Assembly: GCA_030639665.1 (NCBI GenBank)
Contig: DAOWCC010000001.1
Span: 1 to 42,609 of the forward strand
DNA: 42,609 nt
Direction: 5' to 3'
Source: Elusimicrobiota bacterium
Lineage (GTDB): Bacteria > Elusimicrobiota > Elusimicrobia > Elusimicrobiales > UBA9959
The position numbers were made by a program, and so were the translations under genes. Positions within the stretch are counted from its first letter, which is position 1, and each line of letters begins with the position of its first letter. The notes below the pieces were generated by a model. The model was not told the origin of the DNA. It was given only the letters and a program-made list of their open reading frames with translations, and ran no database searches. Below are positions 1 through 8,764 of this stretch, in pieces.

Positions 1-1
1 A

Positions 2-601
2 TATTCCAAAAAATTGTTGGTTAGTGGCAAATTGAAAATACCTGATAATGCAACACTTTTGCGCATGGCAGGTTATTCAGGCAATTCATCAATAAGAATT
101 ATTAAATCCACGCTTTTTTTACAAAATCATTTAGGGTATCCTACTCTTGATGTTTACTATTTTATTTTTACCACACAAGGTAAGCGAATTAAAAAGGTGA
201 TGACTATGCTTTTTAATCACGGAACAAATGAAAGGCAAGCAACAAATCTATTGGCATATGCTCCAATGCTGCTATATTCAAAAGGACGAGATTCTGAAAG
301 CGAGCGGAATGCTGATGGGACAACTTCTGTATGGACGGGGCCAAAAGAATTTGCGCATTATGTTCCACGAGAGTTTGAGTCTGCGGATGTAAAGGAAGAA
401 TATGTTGTGTACCCACGCAAAGCGAGTTATTATATTTTCCACTACGGGGAAGAGTACAAAGCGAGTGAAAGTATGTTTAATGGGCGACAGAGTTATAGGG
501 ATGTTTGCGCTCTGATATTAAAAAATGCACCTGGAGCGCGATTCCGAGTTGGAGAAGGTGGAAAATTCCATTTAACAAATTTTAAGTCGATTTATCCTTA
601 A
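2..601 (+). CDS. hypothetical protein (5'-partial, or internally initiated; frame is open from the window edge)
   Basis: Frame open from nt 2 to TAA at 599-601. No motif recognised. Eight of about 11 Arg codons are CGN (cga/cgg/cgc), whereas the downstream ribosomal genes use AGA almost exclusively, so the composition looks atypical or foreign. Confidence 0.5.
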   Translation, partial: YSKKLLVSGKLKIPDNATLLRMAGYSGNSSIRIIKSTLFLQNHLGYPTLDVYYFIFTTQGKRIKKVMTMLFNHGTNERQATNLLAYAPMLLYSKGRDSESERNADGTTSVWTGPKEFAHYVPREFESADVKEEYVVYPRKASYYIFHYGEEYKASESMFNGRQSYRDVCALILKNAPGARFRVGEGGKFHLTNFKSIYP

Positions 602-770
602 GATTATTCCTTATGAAATAGGGTAATTTGGTTGTTTTACAAGGGAATTTCACTATGTTGGGTTGGGTGTTTTGACTGTATAGTAAGAAATTTCTTTATA
701 AACCAGGGTAATTCTGCTGTATCTTAGTTAGGGATGGGTGGGATTTTTTTAAAATTAAAGTAGTAATAAA

Positions 771-899
771 GGCATGGGAGGTGTGTTTGCTAAGCAAGGC
801 CGTTCGGAAGCCGACTTGCGCATACGGGAGGCTGAGATACGGAGAGGCGCAGTACTAAGCGACCTCGGTCTTGCGTGTAAATATACCTGCCATGGCTAA
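771..899 (+). other. GC-rich 126-nt element: candidate structured sRNA, or a 41-aa ORF (774..899, MGGVFAKQGRSEADLRIREAEIRRGAVLSDLGLACKYTCHG)
   Basis: Local GC is well above the surroundings. A closing helix pairs 771-782 (ggcatgggaggt) with 885-896 (acctgccatggc), 10 of 12 positions. An inner helix pairs 795-803 with 866-874 (9 bp, one G-U). Hairpin 817-821/847-851. Alternatively it is an ATG-to-TAA ORF with 4 of 5 Arg codons CGN, like the upstream ORF. Confidence 0.25.
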
Positions 900-1233
900 A
901 AATGGCTAAAAAACGCTTGTTTTTATATAGGTGGTTTGCTACAATTATAACTGTGTAACCAAACCCTATGTTCTTTTAGAATTTATTAGTACCTTAATAC
1001 CGTCGTTTTAGGTTCCAATTATTTTGGTAGTACGGTATAACTTCCGGCACTTGTTTTGTGACGGCAGCGCCCTATAGAAAGGTCGGCCTTAAATTCCATC
1101 TTTCTGCGGGCAAACAACCTAAGAAAAAGAAAACAATAGTCGTAATAAGTAAGATACTGGCGCGAATTGCGTCGGTTGTATTGTGTACATTTTATATTTG
1201 GATATTTTATATAAAGCAGTTCAGGAGCAGGAT

Positions 1234-2064
1234 ATGACAGAAGAAAACAAAGATAAGAAAGAAGAAGTTTCAGCCGACGCTAAATCCGTCGAGAACACAA
1301 CGGATAAAACTGGCGCCGTAGGCGCCACAGGCGTTGAAGTCGCGGAAAAAGAACAGCCCAAAGCTGAAGAGATAGGCAATCTTCCTTCTAATTTCAAAAT
1401 TGCCATCGGCAAGAAAATAGGAATGACACAGCTTTTTGATGAAGAAGGGAATATGAATTCCGCCACGATTATAAGAACCTCTTCTTGCAAGGTTGTTTAT
1501 ACCAGAGAGAAAAAAATAGACGGCTATACAGCCGTGTGTTTGGGTTTTAAAGACCTTCCTGAAAGAAAGCTTAATAAAGCTATGGCAGGCGCCTTTAAGA
1601 AATACAATACTTCAGCGGTGAGACATTTGAAAGAATTCAGAGTTCCCACTACTGAGGGAGTTAAATCAGGCCAACCGGTTCTTTTAACCGACAACTTTAA
1701 AGAAGGTGAATTTATTAATGTTCAGGGCGTATCCAAAGGAAAGGGATTTGCCGGAGCAATGAAAAGACATAATTTTGCCGGTCAACCAGCTAGTCACGGA
1801 GCTTCAAACAGAGAAAGAGCCCCCGGTTCAATTTCTTCAAGAAGATCTCTCGGTAGAGTTATGCCCGGACAAAAAATGGCCGGACATATGGGTTGTGAGA
1901 CTGTAACTATAGAGAAGGTTAAAGTTTTAAAAATAGATCTAGCTGAAGGTTTAATCTATTTGAACTGTAGCGTGCCCGGAGCCATGGGCAGCATTGTTTA
2001 TTTGGTGGAAACCACCAAAGCGCAACCAAAACCTAAAGTAAAAGCAAAAGGCAAAAAGAAATAA
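1234..2064 (+). CDS. rplC: 50S ribosomal protein L3 with an acidic/Lys-rich N-terminal extension of about 55 aa
   Basis: Core KIAIGKKIGMTQLFDEEG...FAGQPASHGAS matches L3. ATG at 1234 is preceded by caggagcagg (SD). The track ORF begins earlier at 1183 without an SD. Confidence 0.93.
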   Translation: MTEENKDKKEEVSADAKSVENTTDKTGAVGATGVEVAEKEQPKAEEIGNLPSNFKIAIGKKIGMTQLFDEEGNMNSATIIRTSSCKVVYTREKKIDGYTAVCLGFKDLPERKLNKAMAGAFKKYNTSAVRHLKEFRVPTTEGVKSGQPVLLTDNFKEGEFINVQGVSKGKGFAGAMKRHNFAGQPASHGASNRERAPGSISSRRSLGRVMPGQKMAGHMGCETVTIEKVKVLKIDLAEGLIYLNCSVPGAMGSIVYLVETTKAQPKPKVKAKGKKK

Positions 2065-2070
2065 AAAAAA

Positions 2071-2175
2071 GCAGGTTAAGATTAAGGCTGAGGTTGAGAA
2101 CGGCAAAATTAGGCGAATAAATTTAAATGGATGGGTTTTAGTTTTTTCTTGGTCTTGACCTAAATCTCAAACTGC
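2071..2175 (+). repeat. Hexamer-periodic long hairpin element, copy 1 (full)
   Basis: 5' arm 2071-2100 is gcag-gttaag-attaag-gctgag-gttgag-aa. 3' arm 2146-2175 is ttcttggtcttgacctaaatctcaaactgc. 26 of 30 positions pair, 6 of them G-U. Confidence 0.8.
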
Positions 2176-2192
2176 AGTAAACAAGGATATTT

Positions 2193-2843
2193 ATGGAAAC
2201 AAAACTTTTAAACATTAGCGGACAAGAAGTGGGAAAATGTGAAATTCCTCAGGAAATATTTTCAAGAAAGGTGGATGAACATTTTCTTCATGAATTGGTT
2301 AAGTATTATCTTGCCAATAAAAGACTGGGCACGGCTCAAGCTAAAAAAAGAAGCGACATCTCCGGCGGCGGTAAAAAACCATGGAAGCAAAAAGGCACCG
2401 GCAGAGCCAGACACGGAAGCAATCGCTCTCCTTTGTGGAGAGGCGGCGGTGTTGTTTTCGGTCCGCATAATCATTCTTTTAAACTGGATATGCCAAAGAC
2501 CAAGAGAAGAGCCGCTTTATTGGAATCTCTTTCAGCTAAATACTCTGACGGTGTAATATCGGTTATTGAGAACATTGATATTAAAGAAGCTAAAACCAAA
2601 GAAGTCAGAGAAATTTTTAAAGCATTAAAGATTGAAGTTAGAAAGGTTTTATTCGTTTTGGATAAATCCGATGAAAAATTCGCTCTTGCTTCAAGAAACA
2701 TGAAAGAAGTTTCATGGATTCTTGCAAGAAATATCAATGCTTATGAAATTTTAAGAGCTCGCGCGATTATTTTTACTTCCGCGGGTATGAAAGATTTAGC
2801 GGATTTTTTAAATCCTAAGGCTGAGAAGGCTTCAGCTAAATAA
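2193..2843 (+). CDS. rplD: 50S ribosomal protein L4
   Basis: GGGKKPWKQKGTGRARHGS...WRGGGVVFGP motif; position after rplC. Confidence 0.96.
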   Translation: METKLLNISGQEVGKCEIPQEIFSRKVDEHFLHELVKYYLANKRLGTAQAKKRSDISGGGKKPWKQKGTGRARHGSNRSPLWRGGGVVFGPHNHSFKLDMPKTKRRAALLESLSAKYSDGVISVIENIDIKEAKTKEVREIFKALKIEVRKVLFVLDKSDEKFALASRNMKEVSWILARNINAYEILRARAIIFTSAGMKDLADFLNPKAEKASAK

Positions 2844-2870
2844 TTTGTTGGAAGTTAATGGAGGCTTGTG

Positions 2871-3167
2871 ATGAGTAAATCAATTTTAAGAATTCTTATA
2901 GCGCCTATCTTAAGCGAGAAAAGCGTAACCTTGAAAGATAAGGAAAATAGATATTGTTTTAAGGTGGATATAAAGTCCAATAAGATTGAGATAAAGCATG
3001 CCGTGGAAACTGTTTTTAAAGTTAAAGTTGAAAAAGTCCGCACGCTTATTATGCACGGAAAAATGCATAGAGTTGGAAAATACCAAGGCATGCGTTCAGA
3101 TTGGAAAAAAGCCTTTGTAACCGTTAAAGAAGGTCAGAAGATAGATTTAACTTCATTGCCCAAATAA
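2871..3167 (+). CDS. rplW: 50S ribosomal protein L23
   Basis: ILIAPILSEKS...KKAFVTVKEG matches L23. GGAGG at 2860-2864 lies 6 nt before ATG 2871; GTG 2868 is an alternative start. Confidence 0.94.
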   Translation: MSKSILRILIAPILSEKSVTLKDKENRYCFKVDIKSNKIEIKHAVETVFKVKVEKVRTLIMHGKMHRVGKYQGMRSDWKKAFVTVKEGQKIDLTSLPK

Positions 3168-3261
3168 AAGAGTTTGGGAGTTAAGAATTTTAGAGTTGAG
3201 AGAAAAAGTAGTTGAGAAAACGGACCGTAAATTTTAAGTTGTTTTGATAAGGAGTTTTTTT

Positions 3262-4095
3262 ATGCCAGTGAAATCGTTTAAAGCGTATACACCATCAAGA
3301 AGAACAATAACCGTCAGTGATTTTTCGGATATTACGAGAACCACCCCTGAAAAAAGCCTTATGGTAGGGCTTAAAAAAAAGGGCGGAAGAAATAATACCG
3401 GCAGAATCATGGTTAGGCATCATGGCGGCGGACATAAAAGAAGCTATAGAATAATAGATTTCAAAAGAAACAAAATAGGCGTTCCCGCGAAAGTGTTTTC
3501 TATAGAATATGATCCCAATAGGAGCGCCAGAATCGCTCTCCTTCACTATGTGGACGGAGAAAAAAGATATATCATTGCTCCCAATGGTTTGAAAGTCGGA
3601 GAGATGCTTAATAGCGGCCCCGAAGCGGATATTAAAGTCGGAAACGCTTTACCGCTTTCCTCCATTCCTGAGGGTACTTTCATACACGCTATAGAAATGC
3701 AGCCCGGAAGAGGCGCTCAGTTCGCGCGTTCAGCCGGTACGCAGTCTCAGCTTATGGCTAAAGAAGGCAAATACGCCACAATCAAGATGCCTTCTGGCGA
3801 AGTGCGAAAGGTTTTGAAAAAATGTTCCGCCACTATCGGTCAAGTGGGAAATACAGAGCATAATACAATAACCATAGGAAATGCCGGAAGAAACAGACAT
3901 AGAGGCATAAGACCTACCGTTAGAGGCACAGCTATGAACGCCTGCGACCATCCTTTGGGCGGCGGCAGAGGCCGTTCAAAAGGTAATAATGTTCCAAGAT
4001 CACCTTGGAATCAGCCTTCAAAAGGTTTTAAAACAAGAAATCCGAGCAAGATTTGGGGTTGGATGATTGTTCAGGATAGAAGAAAGAAGAAATAA
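3262..4095 (+). CDS. rplB: 50S ribosomal protein L2
   Basis: [14 protein letters not shown]..., [31 protein letters not shown] lies upstream of ATG 3262. Confidence 0.96.
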   Translation: MPVKSFKAYTPSRRTITVSDFSDITRTTPEKSLMVGLKKKGGRNNTGRIMVRHHGGGHKRSYRIIDFKRNKIGVPAKVFSIEYDPNRSARIALLHYVDGEKRYIIAPNGLKVGEMLNSGPEADIKVGNALPLSSIPEGTFIHAIEMQPGRGAQFARSAGTQSQLMAKEGKYATIKMPSGEVRKVLKKCSATIGQVGNTEHNTITIGNAGRNRHRGIRPTVRGTAMNACDHPLGGGRGRSKGNNVPRSPWNQPSKGFKTRNPSKIWGWMIVQDRRKKK

Positions 4096-4145
4096 ATACA
4101 TAGGTAATAAGGCAATTAGGTAACAAGGAATAAGGAGAAAAATTT

Positions 4146-4430
4146 ATGAGTAGATCATCGAAAAAAGGTCCTTTTGTAGATACGAAACTTTTGGCTAAGG
4201 TTCAGAAGCAGAATCCAGAGGACAAAAAAATTATTAAAACATGGGCCAGAGCCTGCACGATTGTTCCCGAATTTATCGGACATACATTTGCCGTGCATAA
4301 TGGCCGTAAGTTTTTGCCGGTTTATGTCACAGATAGAATGGTTGGTCATAAGCTTGGAGAATTTTCAATTACCAGATTGTTTAAGGGCCATGGCGCGTCA
4401 AATACCAAGGGCGGAACTGATTTGAAATAA
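4146..4430 (+). CDS. rpsS: 30S ribosomal protein S19
   Basis: [12 protein letters not shown]...[21 protein letters not shown]. Confidence 0.97.
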   Translation: MSRSSKKGPFVDTKLLAKVQKQNPEDKKIIKTWARACTIVPEFIGHTFAVHNGRKFLPVYVTDRMVGHKLGEFSITRLFKGHGASNTKGGTDLK

Positions 4431-4437
4431 GGAGGAT

Positions 4438-4459
4438 AGTAAGCGGATTTTCGCTTACT
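4438..4459 (+). promoter_or_regulatory. Perfect 8-bp hairpin between a GGAGG box and the rplV start codon
   Basis: agtaagcg (4438-4445), loop gatttt, cgcttact (4452-4459). The only SD-like box (ggagg 4431-4435) lies 34 nt from ATG 4470 unless this hairpin folds. Confidence 0.4.
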
Positions 4460-4469
4460 GAATTTAATT

Positions 4470-4826
4470 ATGGAAGCTAAATGTTATTTAAAATATCAAA
4501 GATACGGAACAAGAAAAGTAGGTGAAGTTCTAAAGAAAGTCGCGGGAAAATCACTGTTTGAGGCGGAGCAGATATTGAAGTTTATGTCTAAACGGCCGAC
4601 CGATATAGTGCATAAAGCCGTAATGTCAGCCGGCGCTAATTTGTCGGTTAAACTCGGCAAAAAAGTCGATTTAAAGTCTACATGGATAAAAACCGCGTAT
4701 TCTTGCATGGGCTCTATGAAAGCTTTAAGAAGATTTAACGCGGGACCAATGGGCAGAGCAATGCCTTTTAAAAGAAGCATGTGTCATATAACGGTTATTG
4801 TATCCGATTCTAAAGAGGTCAAATAA
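4470..4826 (+). CDS. rplV: 50S ribosomal protein L22
   Basis: Operon position and L22-like sequence (RKVGEVLKKVAGKSLFEAEQILKF...). Confidence 0.94.
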   Translation: MEAKCYLKYQRYGTRKVGEVLKKVAGKSLFEAEQILKFMSKRPTDIVHKAVMSAGANLSVKLGKKVDLKSTWIKTAYSCMGSMKALRRFNAGPMGRAMPFKRSMCHITVIVSDSKEVK

Positions 4827-4827
4827 T

Positions 4828-5559
4828 ATGGGTCAAAAAATTCATCCTAAATCAGTTCGTCTGGGTTATATTCAAGATTGGCAGTCCAGATGGTTTTCTC
4901 CCAAGCATATGCCGGAATTAATTCGTGAAGATTTTGAAATAAGGAATATGATTAAAGAAAGATTTCATCAAGCTTCCGTTAGCCGGGTTGATATTGAAAG
5001 AGCCGGTTCATTCCTTAAGCTTACCATTCATACCGCAAGGCCGGGAATTGTCATAGGCCGCAGAGGTATTGATATTGAAAATCTTAAAAAAGATATTGAA
5101 AAATTAACTTCCAGAAAAGTTTTCGTGAATGTCGCGGAAATAAAAAAGCCCGAGCTTGACGCCATGCTCGTGGGCCAATCCATCGCTTTTCAGATAGAGA
5201 AAAGAATCGCTTATAAAAGAGCGATGAAAAGAGCTATGGAAAGAACAATGCAAAGCGGAGCTTTGGGAATAAAGGTTATGGTTTCAGGCCGTCTCGGCGG
5301 TAATGAAATAGCGCGTAAAGAATGGATGAGAAAGGGCAGAGTGCCTCTTCAGACTTTTTCCGCGGATATCGACTATGGTTTTGTGGAAGCCAATACGGTT
5401 ATGGGTAAAATAGGCGTAAAGACCTGGATATTCAGAAAACTTGTTTTCGCCAAAACCAGAAAAGACTTGATTAATCAGTTGAAAGAAGTTGAAGCTCAGG
5501 CGCCCGTTGTTGAAACTCCCGCCGTTGAAGTAAAGAAAACGGAAGAAACGAAAAAATAA
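4828..5559 (+). CDS. rpsC: 30S ribosomal protein S3
   Basis: MGQKIHPKSVRLGYIQDWQSRWF, KH domain, GRLGGNEIAR. Confidence 0.96.
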   Translation: MGQKIHPKSVRLGYIQDWQSRWFSPKHMPELIREDFEIRNMIKERFHQASVSRVDIERAGSFLKLTIHTARPGIVIGRRGIDIENLKKDIEKLTSRKVFVNVAEIKKPELDAMLVGQSIAFQIEKRIAYKRAMKRAMERTMQSGALGIKVMVSGRLGGNEIARKEWMRKGRVPLQTFSADIDYGFVEANTVMGKIGVKTWIFRKLVFAKTRKDLINQLKEVEAQAPVVETPAVEVKKTEETKK

Positions 5560-5588
5560 TAAATTTTTGTAAATAAAGGAGCAGTATT

Positions 5589-6002
5589 ATGTTAATGCCT
5601 AAGAGAGTAAAGTATAGAAAGCCTCAAACAAAGCCGAGGATAAAAGGAACGGCTAAGGGTGGAACCGATATTTTGTTTGGTCAATATGGCTTAAAGGCTC
5701 TTCAGCCAAGATGGATAACTTCAAGACAAATAGAATCTTGTCGTATCACCATAATGAGAAGAGTCAGAAAAAAAGGAAAGATGTGGATAAGAATATTTCC
5801 TGACAAATGCATTACAAAACATCCCGCCGAAACAAGGATGGGAAAGGGAAAGGGAGCGCCGGATCATTGGGTCGCTGTCGTTAAGCCCGGAAGAATAATG
5901 TTTGAGCTTGAGGGTTTAACTTTTGAAGAAGCTAAAGATACTATGATTAAAGCCACGGCGAAGCTTCCCATAAAAACTAAGATGGTTGTGAGAGAAGATT
6001 AA
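5589..6002 (+). CDS. rplP: 50S ribosomal protein L16
   Basis: [11 protein letters not shown]...[24 protein letters not shown]. Confidence 0.97.
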   Translation: MLMPKRVKYRKPQTKPRIKGTAKGGTDILFGQYGLKALQPRWITSRQIESCRITIMRRVRKKGKMWIRIFPDKCITKHPAETRMGKGKGAPDHWVAVVKPGRIMFELEGLTFEEAKDTMIKATAKLPIKTKMVVRED

Positions 6003-6004
6003 TT

Positions 6005-6241
6005 ATGAAGAGAAAAGATAAAGAAAACTTAAAAAATATGTCAGTTGATGAGCTTGAGGCTCATCTTAGAGATTTGGAGAAAAAACTTTTTCAAATAAAA
6101 TTTAAAAGAGTTGCCGCTCCTCTCGAAAATCCTTTGGTAATAAGAAGCATCAGAAAAGAAATGTCTATGGTGCGAACATGGCTGAAGGAAAAAGAACTAG
6201 ATAAAGATAAAGCTAAAGCAGAGGTAACTGTTAATGACTGA
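6005..6241 (+). CDS. rpmC: 50S ribosomal protein L29
   Basis: Operon position; LEAHLRDLEKKLFQIKFK helix typical of L29. Confidence 0.9.
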   Translation: MKRKDKENLKNMSVDELEAHLRDLEKKLFQIKFKRVAAPLENPLVIRSIRKEMSMVRTWLKEKELDKDKAKAEVTVND

Positions 6242-6515
6242 GAATAAAGAAGAAACGACAGTGGAAAGAAATAAAAGAAAAACGGTTCAAGGAATCGTGG
6301 TGTCGGATAAAATGAATAAGACCCGCGTTGTCAGTGTTGAAAGAGTTATTAAGCATCCTTTCTATAAAAAAACACAAAGAAGACACTCAAAATTTTACGC
6401 TCACGACGAAGCCAATGAATCTTTTACCGGCGATTTGGTTGAAATTATGAGCACCAAACCGCAATCAAAACTTAAAAAATGGAGAATTACGCGAATTATT
6501 ACCAAAGCAAAATAA
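6234..6515 (+). CDS. rpsQ: 30S ribosomal protein S17
   Basis: GIVVSDKMNKTRVVSVERVIKHPFYKK...; 8-nt overlap with rpmC. Confidence 0.95.
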   Translation: MTENKEETTVERNKRKTVQGIVVSDKMNKTRVVSVERVIKHPFYKKTQRRHSKFYAHDEANESFTGDLVEIMSTKPQSKLKKWRITRIITKAK

Positions 6516-6542
6516 GCGTATTCGATTTTTCGGAGAATTATT

Positions 6543-6911
6543 ATGATAATGATGCAAACAATGTGCAGTGTAGCGGATAATTCAGGGGCTAGAAAAGTGC
6601 GGTGTTTTAAGGTCCTTGGCGGAAGTATTAGGCGTTATGCCTCTTTAGGGGATATTTGTGTCTGTGCCGTTCAAGATGTTTTGCCCAATACCGCTATTAA
6701 GAAAGGCGAGGTTGTTAAAGCTGTCGTGGTAAGAATAAAAAAAGAAAAAAGACGCAAAGATGGCACCTATATCAGGTTTGATGATAATGCCGTATGTATT
6801 TTGGATGCCAATGGCGAGCCGAGAGGAACGCGCGTTTTCGGCCCTGTAGCCAGAGAGCTTAGAGCCAAGAATTTTCTTAAAATAGTTTCATTGGCGCCGG
6901 AAGTAATTTAA
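6543..6911 (+). CDS. rplN: 50S ribosomal protein L14
   Basis: [18 protein letters not shown]...; GGAG lies 7 nt upstream. Confidence 0.96.
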   Translation: MIMMQTMCSVADNSGARKVRCFKVLGGSIRRYASLGDICVCAVQDVLPNTAIKKGEVVKAVVVRIKKEKRRKDGTYIRFDDNAVCILDANGEPRGTRVFGPVARELRAKNFLKIVSLAPEVI

Positions 6912-6932
6912 GCGCCGCGAGGATAAAATATT

Positions 6933-7244
6933 ATGTTTAAATTGAAAAAGAAAGATACGGTTATAATTACGGCGGGAGCCGATAAGGGCAAGAAAGGCGA
7001 AGTTAAGCAGGTTTTTCCGACCAAAAATAAAGTTGTTGTTATTGGCGTGAACATGCTTACAAAGCATAAAAAGCCTTCAAAAGATAAACCGGGCGGGATA
7101 CACAAAGTTGAAGGACCTATAGATGTGTCCAATGTCCGCATTATATGTCCCAAATGCGAAAAAGGAGTAAAGGTAAAATTCTCCAAAATGCAAACCGGCG
7201 ACAAAGTCCGCGTATGTAAAAAATGCGGCGAGTTAATGATTTAG
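6933..7244 (+). CDS. rplX: 50S ribosomal protein L24 (zinc-ribbon C+ form: CPKC...CKKC)
   Basis: KOW motif KKKDTVIITAGADKGKKGEV; operon position. Confidence 0.94.
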   Translation: MFKLKKKDTVIITAGADKGKKGEVKQVFPTKNKVVVIGVNMLTKHKKPSKDKPGGIHKVEGPIDVSNVRIICPKCEKGVKVKFSKMQTGDKVRVCKKCGELMI

Positions 7245-7267
7245 TTGTTTTAATAAAGGTGGTTTAG

Positions 7268-7876
7268 ATGACAAAAGAAAAAGAAAAAAAAGAAAGCGGC
7301 GGGAAAAAATATACCGCCAGATTAAAAGAAGAGTTTAATAAGAAAATTCTTCCGGCTTTGATGAAAGAACTTGGATATTCTTCTCCCATGGCGATTCCGC
7401 ATTTGGATAAAATCGTGATTAATATGGGTATAAATGAAGCTAAAGAAAATATTCAAGCTTTGGATAAAGCTAAAGACGATTTGGCCGCGATAGTCGGTCA
7501 GCTTCCTCAAACGAGGCGGGCCAAAGTGTCAATTTCAAATTTTAAGCTTAGAGAGGGCATGCCCATAGGCTTGAAAGTTACGCTAAGAGATAATAGAATG
7601 TATGATTTTTTTGATAAATTCGTTTCAATCTCTGTTCCCAGAATAAGAGATTTTCAAGGGATTAGTTCAAAAGGTTTTGATGGAAATGGAAATCTTAATA
7701 TGGGACTTAGAGAACATCATATTTTTCCCGAGATTGATATTGAAAAATCTCCCAAAGCTCAGGGAATGAACATAACTTTTGTCACTACGGCAAAAGATAA
7801 TAAGACGGCTCAGGCATTGCTTAAATATCTCGGCATGCCTTTTGAGAAGCCCAAAAAAATTAAAAAAGCGGATTAA
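7268..7876 (+). CDS. rplE: 50S ribosomal protein L5
   Basis: RLKEEFNKKILPALMKELGY...INMGI...SISNFKLREGMPIG. Confidence 0.96.
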   Translation: MTKEKEKKESGGKKYTARLKEEFNKKILPALMKELGYSSPMAIPHLDKIVINMGINEAKENIQALDKAKDDLAAIVGQLPQTRRAKVSISNFKLREGMPIGLKVTLRDNRMYDFFDKFVSISVPRIRDFQGISSKGFDGNGNLNMGLREHHIFPEIDIEKSPKAQGMNITFVTTAKDNKTAQALLKYLGMPFEKPKKIKKAD

Positions 7877-7908
7877 TCTATCCGCAACTTAAGAAGGAGT
7901 AGATAATT

Positions 7909-8094
7909 ATGGCTACATACGCTTGGATGGCTAAAATGCGCAAGCCGCAAAAATTTTCAACGCGGCATAGAAACCGCTGTCAAATATGCGGAAGACCGAG
8001 AGGATATTATAGGGATTTTGGTCTTTGCAGAATTTGTATGAGAAAGATGGCTCACGACGGTCTTATTCCCGGCTTGAAAAAATCAAGTTGGTAA
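7909..8094 (+). CDS. rpsN: 30S ribosomal protein S14, type Z (61 aa, Zn-binding)
   Basis: [22 protein letters not shown]...; 61 aa. Confidence 0.96.
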   Translation: MATYAWMAKMRKPQKFSTRHRNRCQICGRPRGYYRDFGLCRICMRKMAHDGLIPGLKKSSW

Positions 8095-8284
8095 ATAGAG
8101 AGTAGGGAGTTTTCCGCCATTACTACTTAGGCGGACCCGCCAATGCTTTAGTGGCGGGAGAGTTGAACAAAAAAACCAGCTTGGCAGTAGGCAGTAAGAA
8201 ATAAAAAGATTTAGATTCAGTGAAGTTTATTAAAATATTTGAGGCCAGGTTCCAATGCGATAACAGGCTTCTAAGAGGTGAAAT

Positions 8285-8692
8285 ATGGATATGGTAAGCA
8301 ATATGTTGACATCGATAAGAAACGCTAACACGGTAACCAAGGAAAAGGTTGATATTCCTTTTTCCAATTTTAAGGCCGGTATAGCGAAAATTCTTGTAGA
8401 GGAAGGTTTTGTTTCAAATTATAAGCTTTTGTCCGTTGAAGTTAATAAGAAAACGGCCAAAAGAAAAATTATAAGAATAACTTTAAAATACACAAAAAAT
8501 AAAACGCCCGTTATAAAAGGTTTAAAAAGGGTTTCAAAACCCAGTTTAAGGGTTTATAAATCGCATGATAATATTCCCAGGATCAGGGCGGCTTTTGGCG
8601 TAACAATTTTGTCTACTTCCAAAGGATTATTGACTGATCGTAATGCCAGAAAAGAGAAAGTTGGAGGAGAAGTTCTTTGCCATGTGTGGTAA
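8285..8692 (+). CDS. rpsH: 30S ribosomal protein S8
   Basis: NMLTSIRNANTV...GGEVLCHVW. Confidence 0.96.
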   Translation: MDMVSNMLTSIRNANTVTKEKVDIPFSNFKAGIAKILVEEGFVSNYKLLSVEVNKKTAKRKIIRITLKYTKNKTPVIKGLKRVSKPSLRVYKSHDNIPRIRAAFGVTILSTSKGLLTDRNARKEKVGGEVLCHVW

Positions 8693-8764
8693 TTAGGGCT
8701 ATAGGAGACAGGCAGTAAGTCTCAGGTTGCAACAAAAAAGTTTTAAAACTAAGAGGATAAGATT

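Noticed and set aside
704-758. Possible G-quadruplex (ggg-N23-ggg-at-ggg-t-ggg) in the spacer after the first ORF
   Set aside because: One loop would be over 20 nt, and the tract sits in a T-rich region. This is too weak to claim.
1176-1215. Sigma-70 promoter for rplC (TTGTAT/TTGTGT with downstream TATTTT/TATAAA boxes)
   Set aside because: Several AT-rich hexamers fit loosely, but none gives a convincing -35/-10 pair at 16-18 nt spacing. It is not reportable without TSS data.
2071-2100. Hexamer arms as a TRAP-like (G/A)AG triplet-repeat protein-binding array
   Set aside because: There are only four triplets per arm, far fewer than the 9-11 needed for TRAP-type binding, and the arm is clearly paired with a complementary arm. 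I kept the RNA-hairpin interpretation instead.
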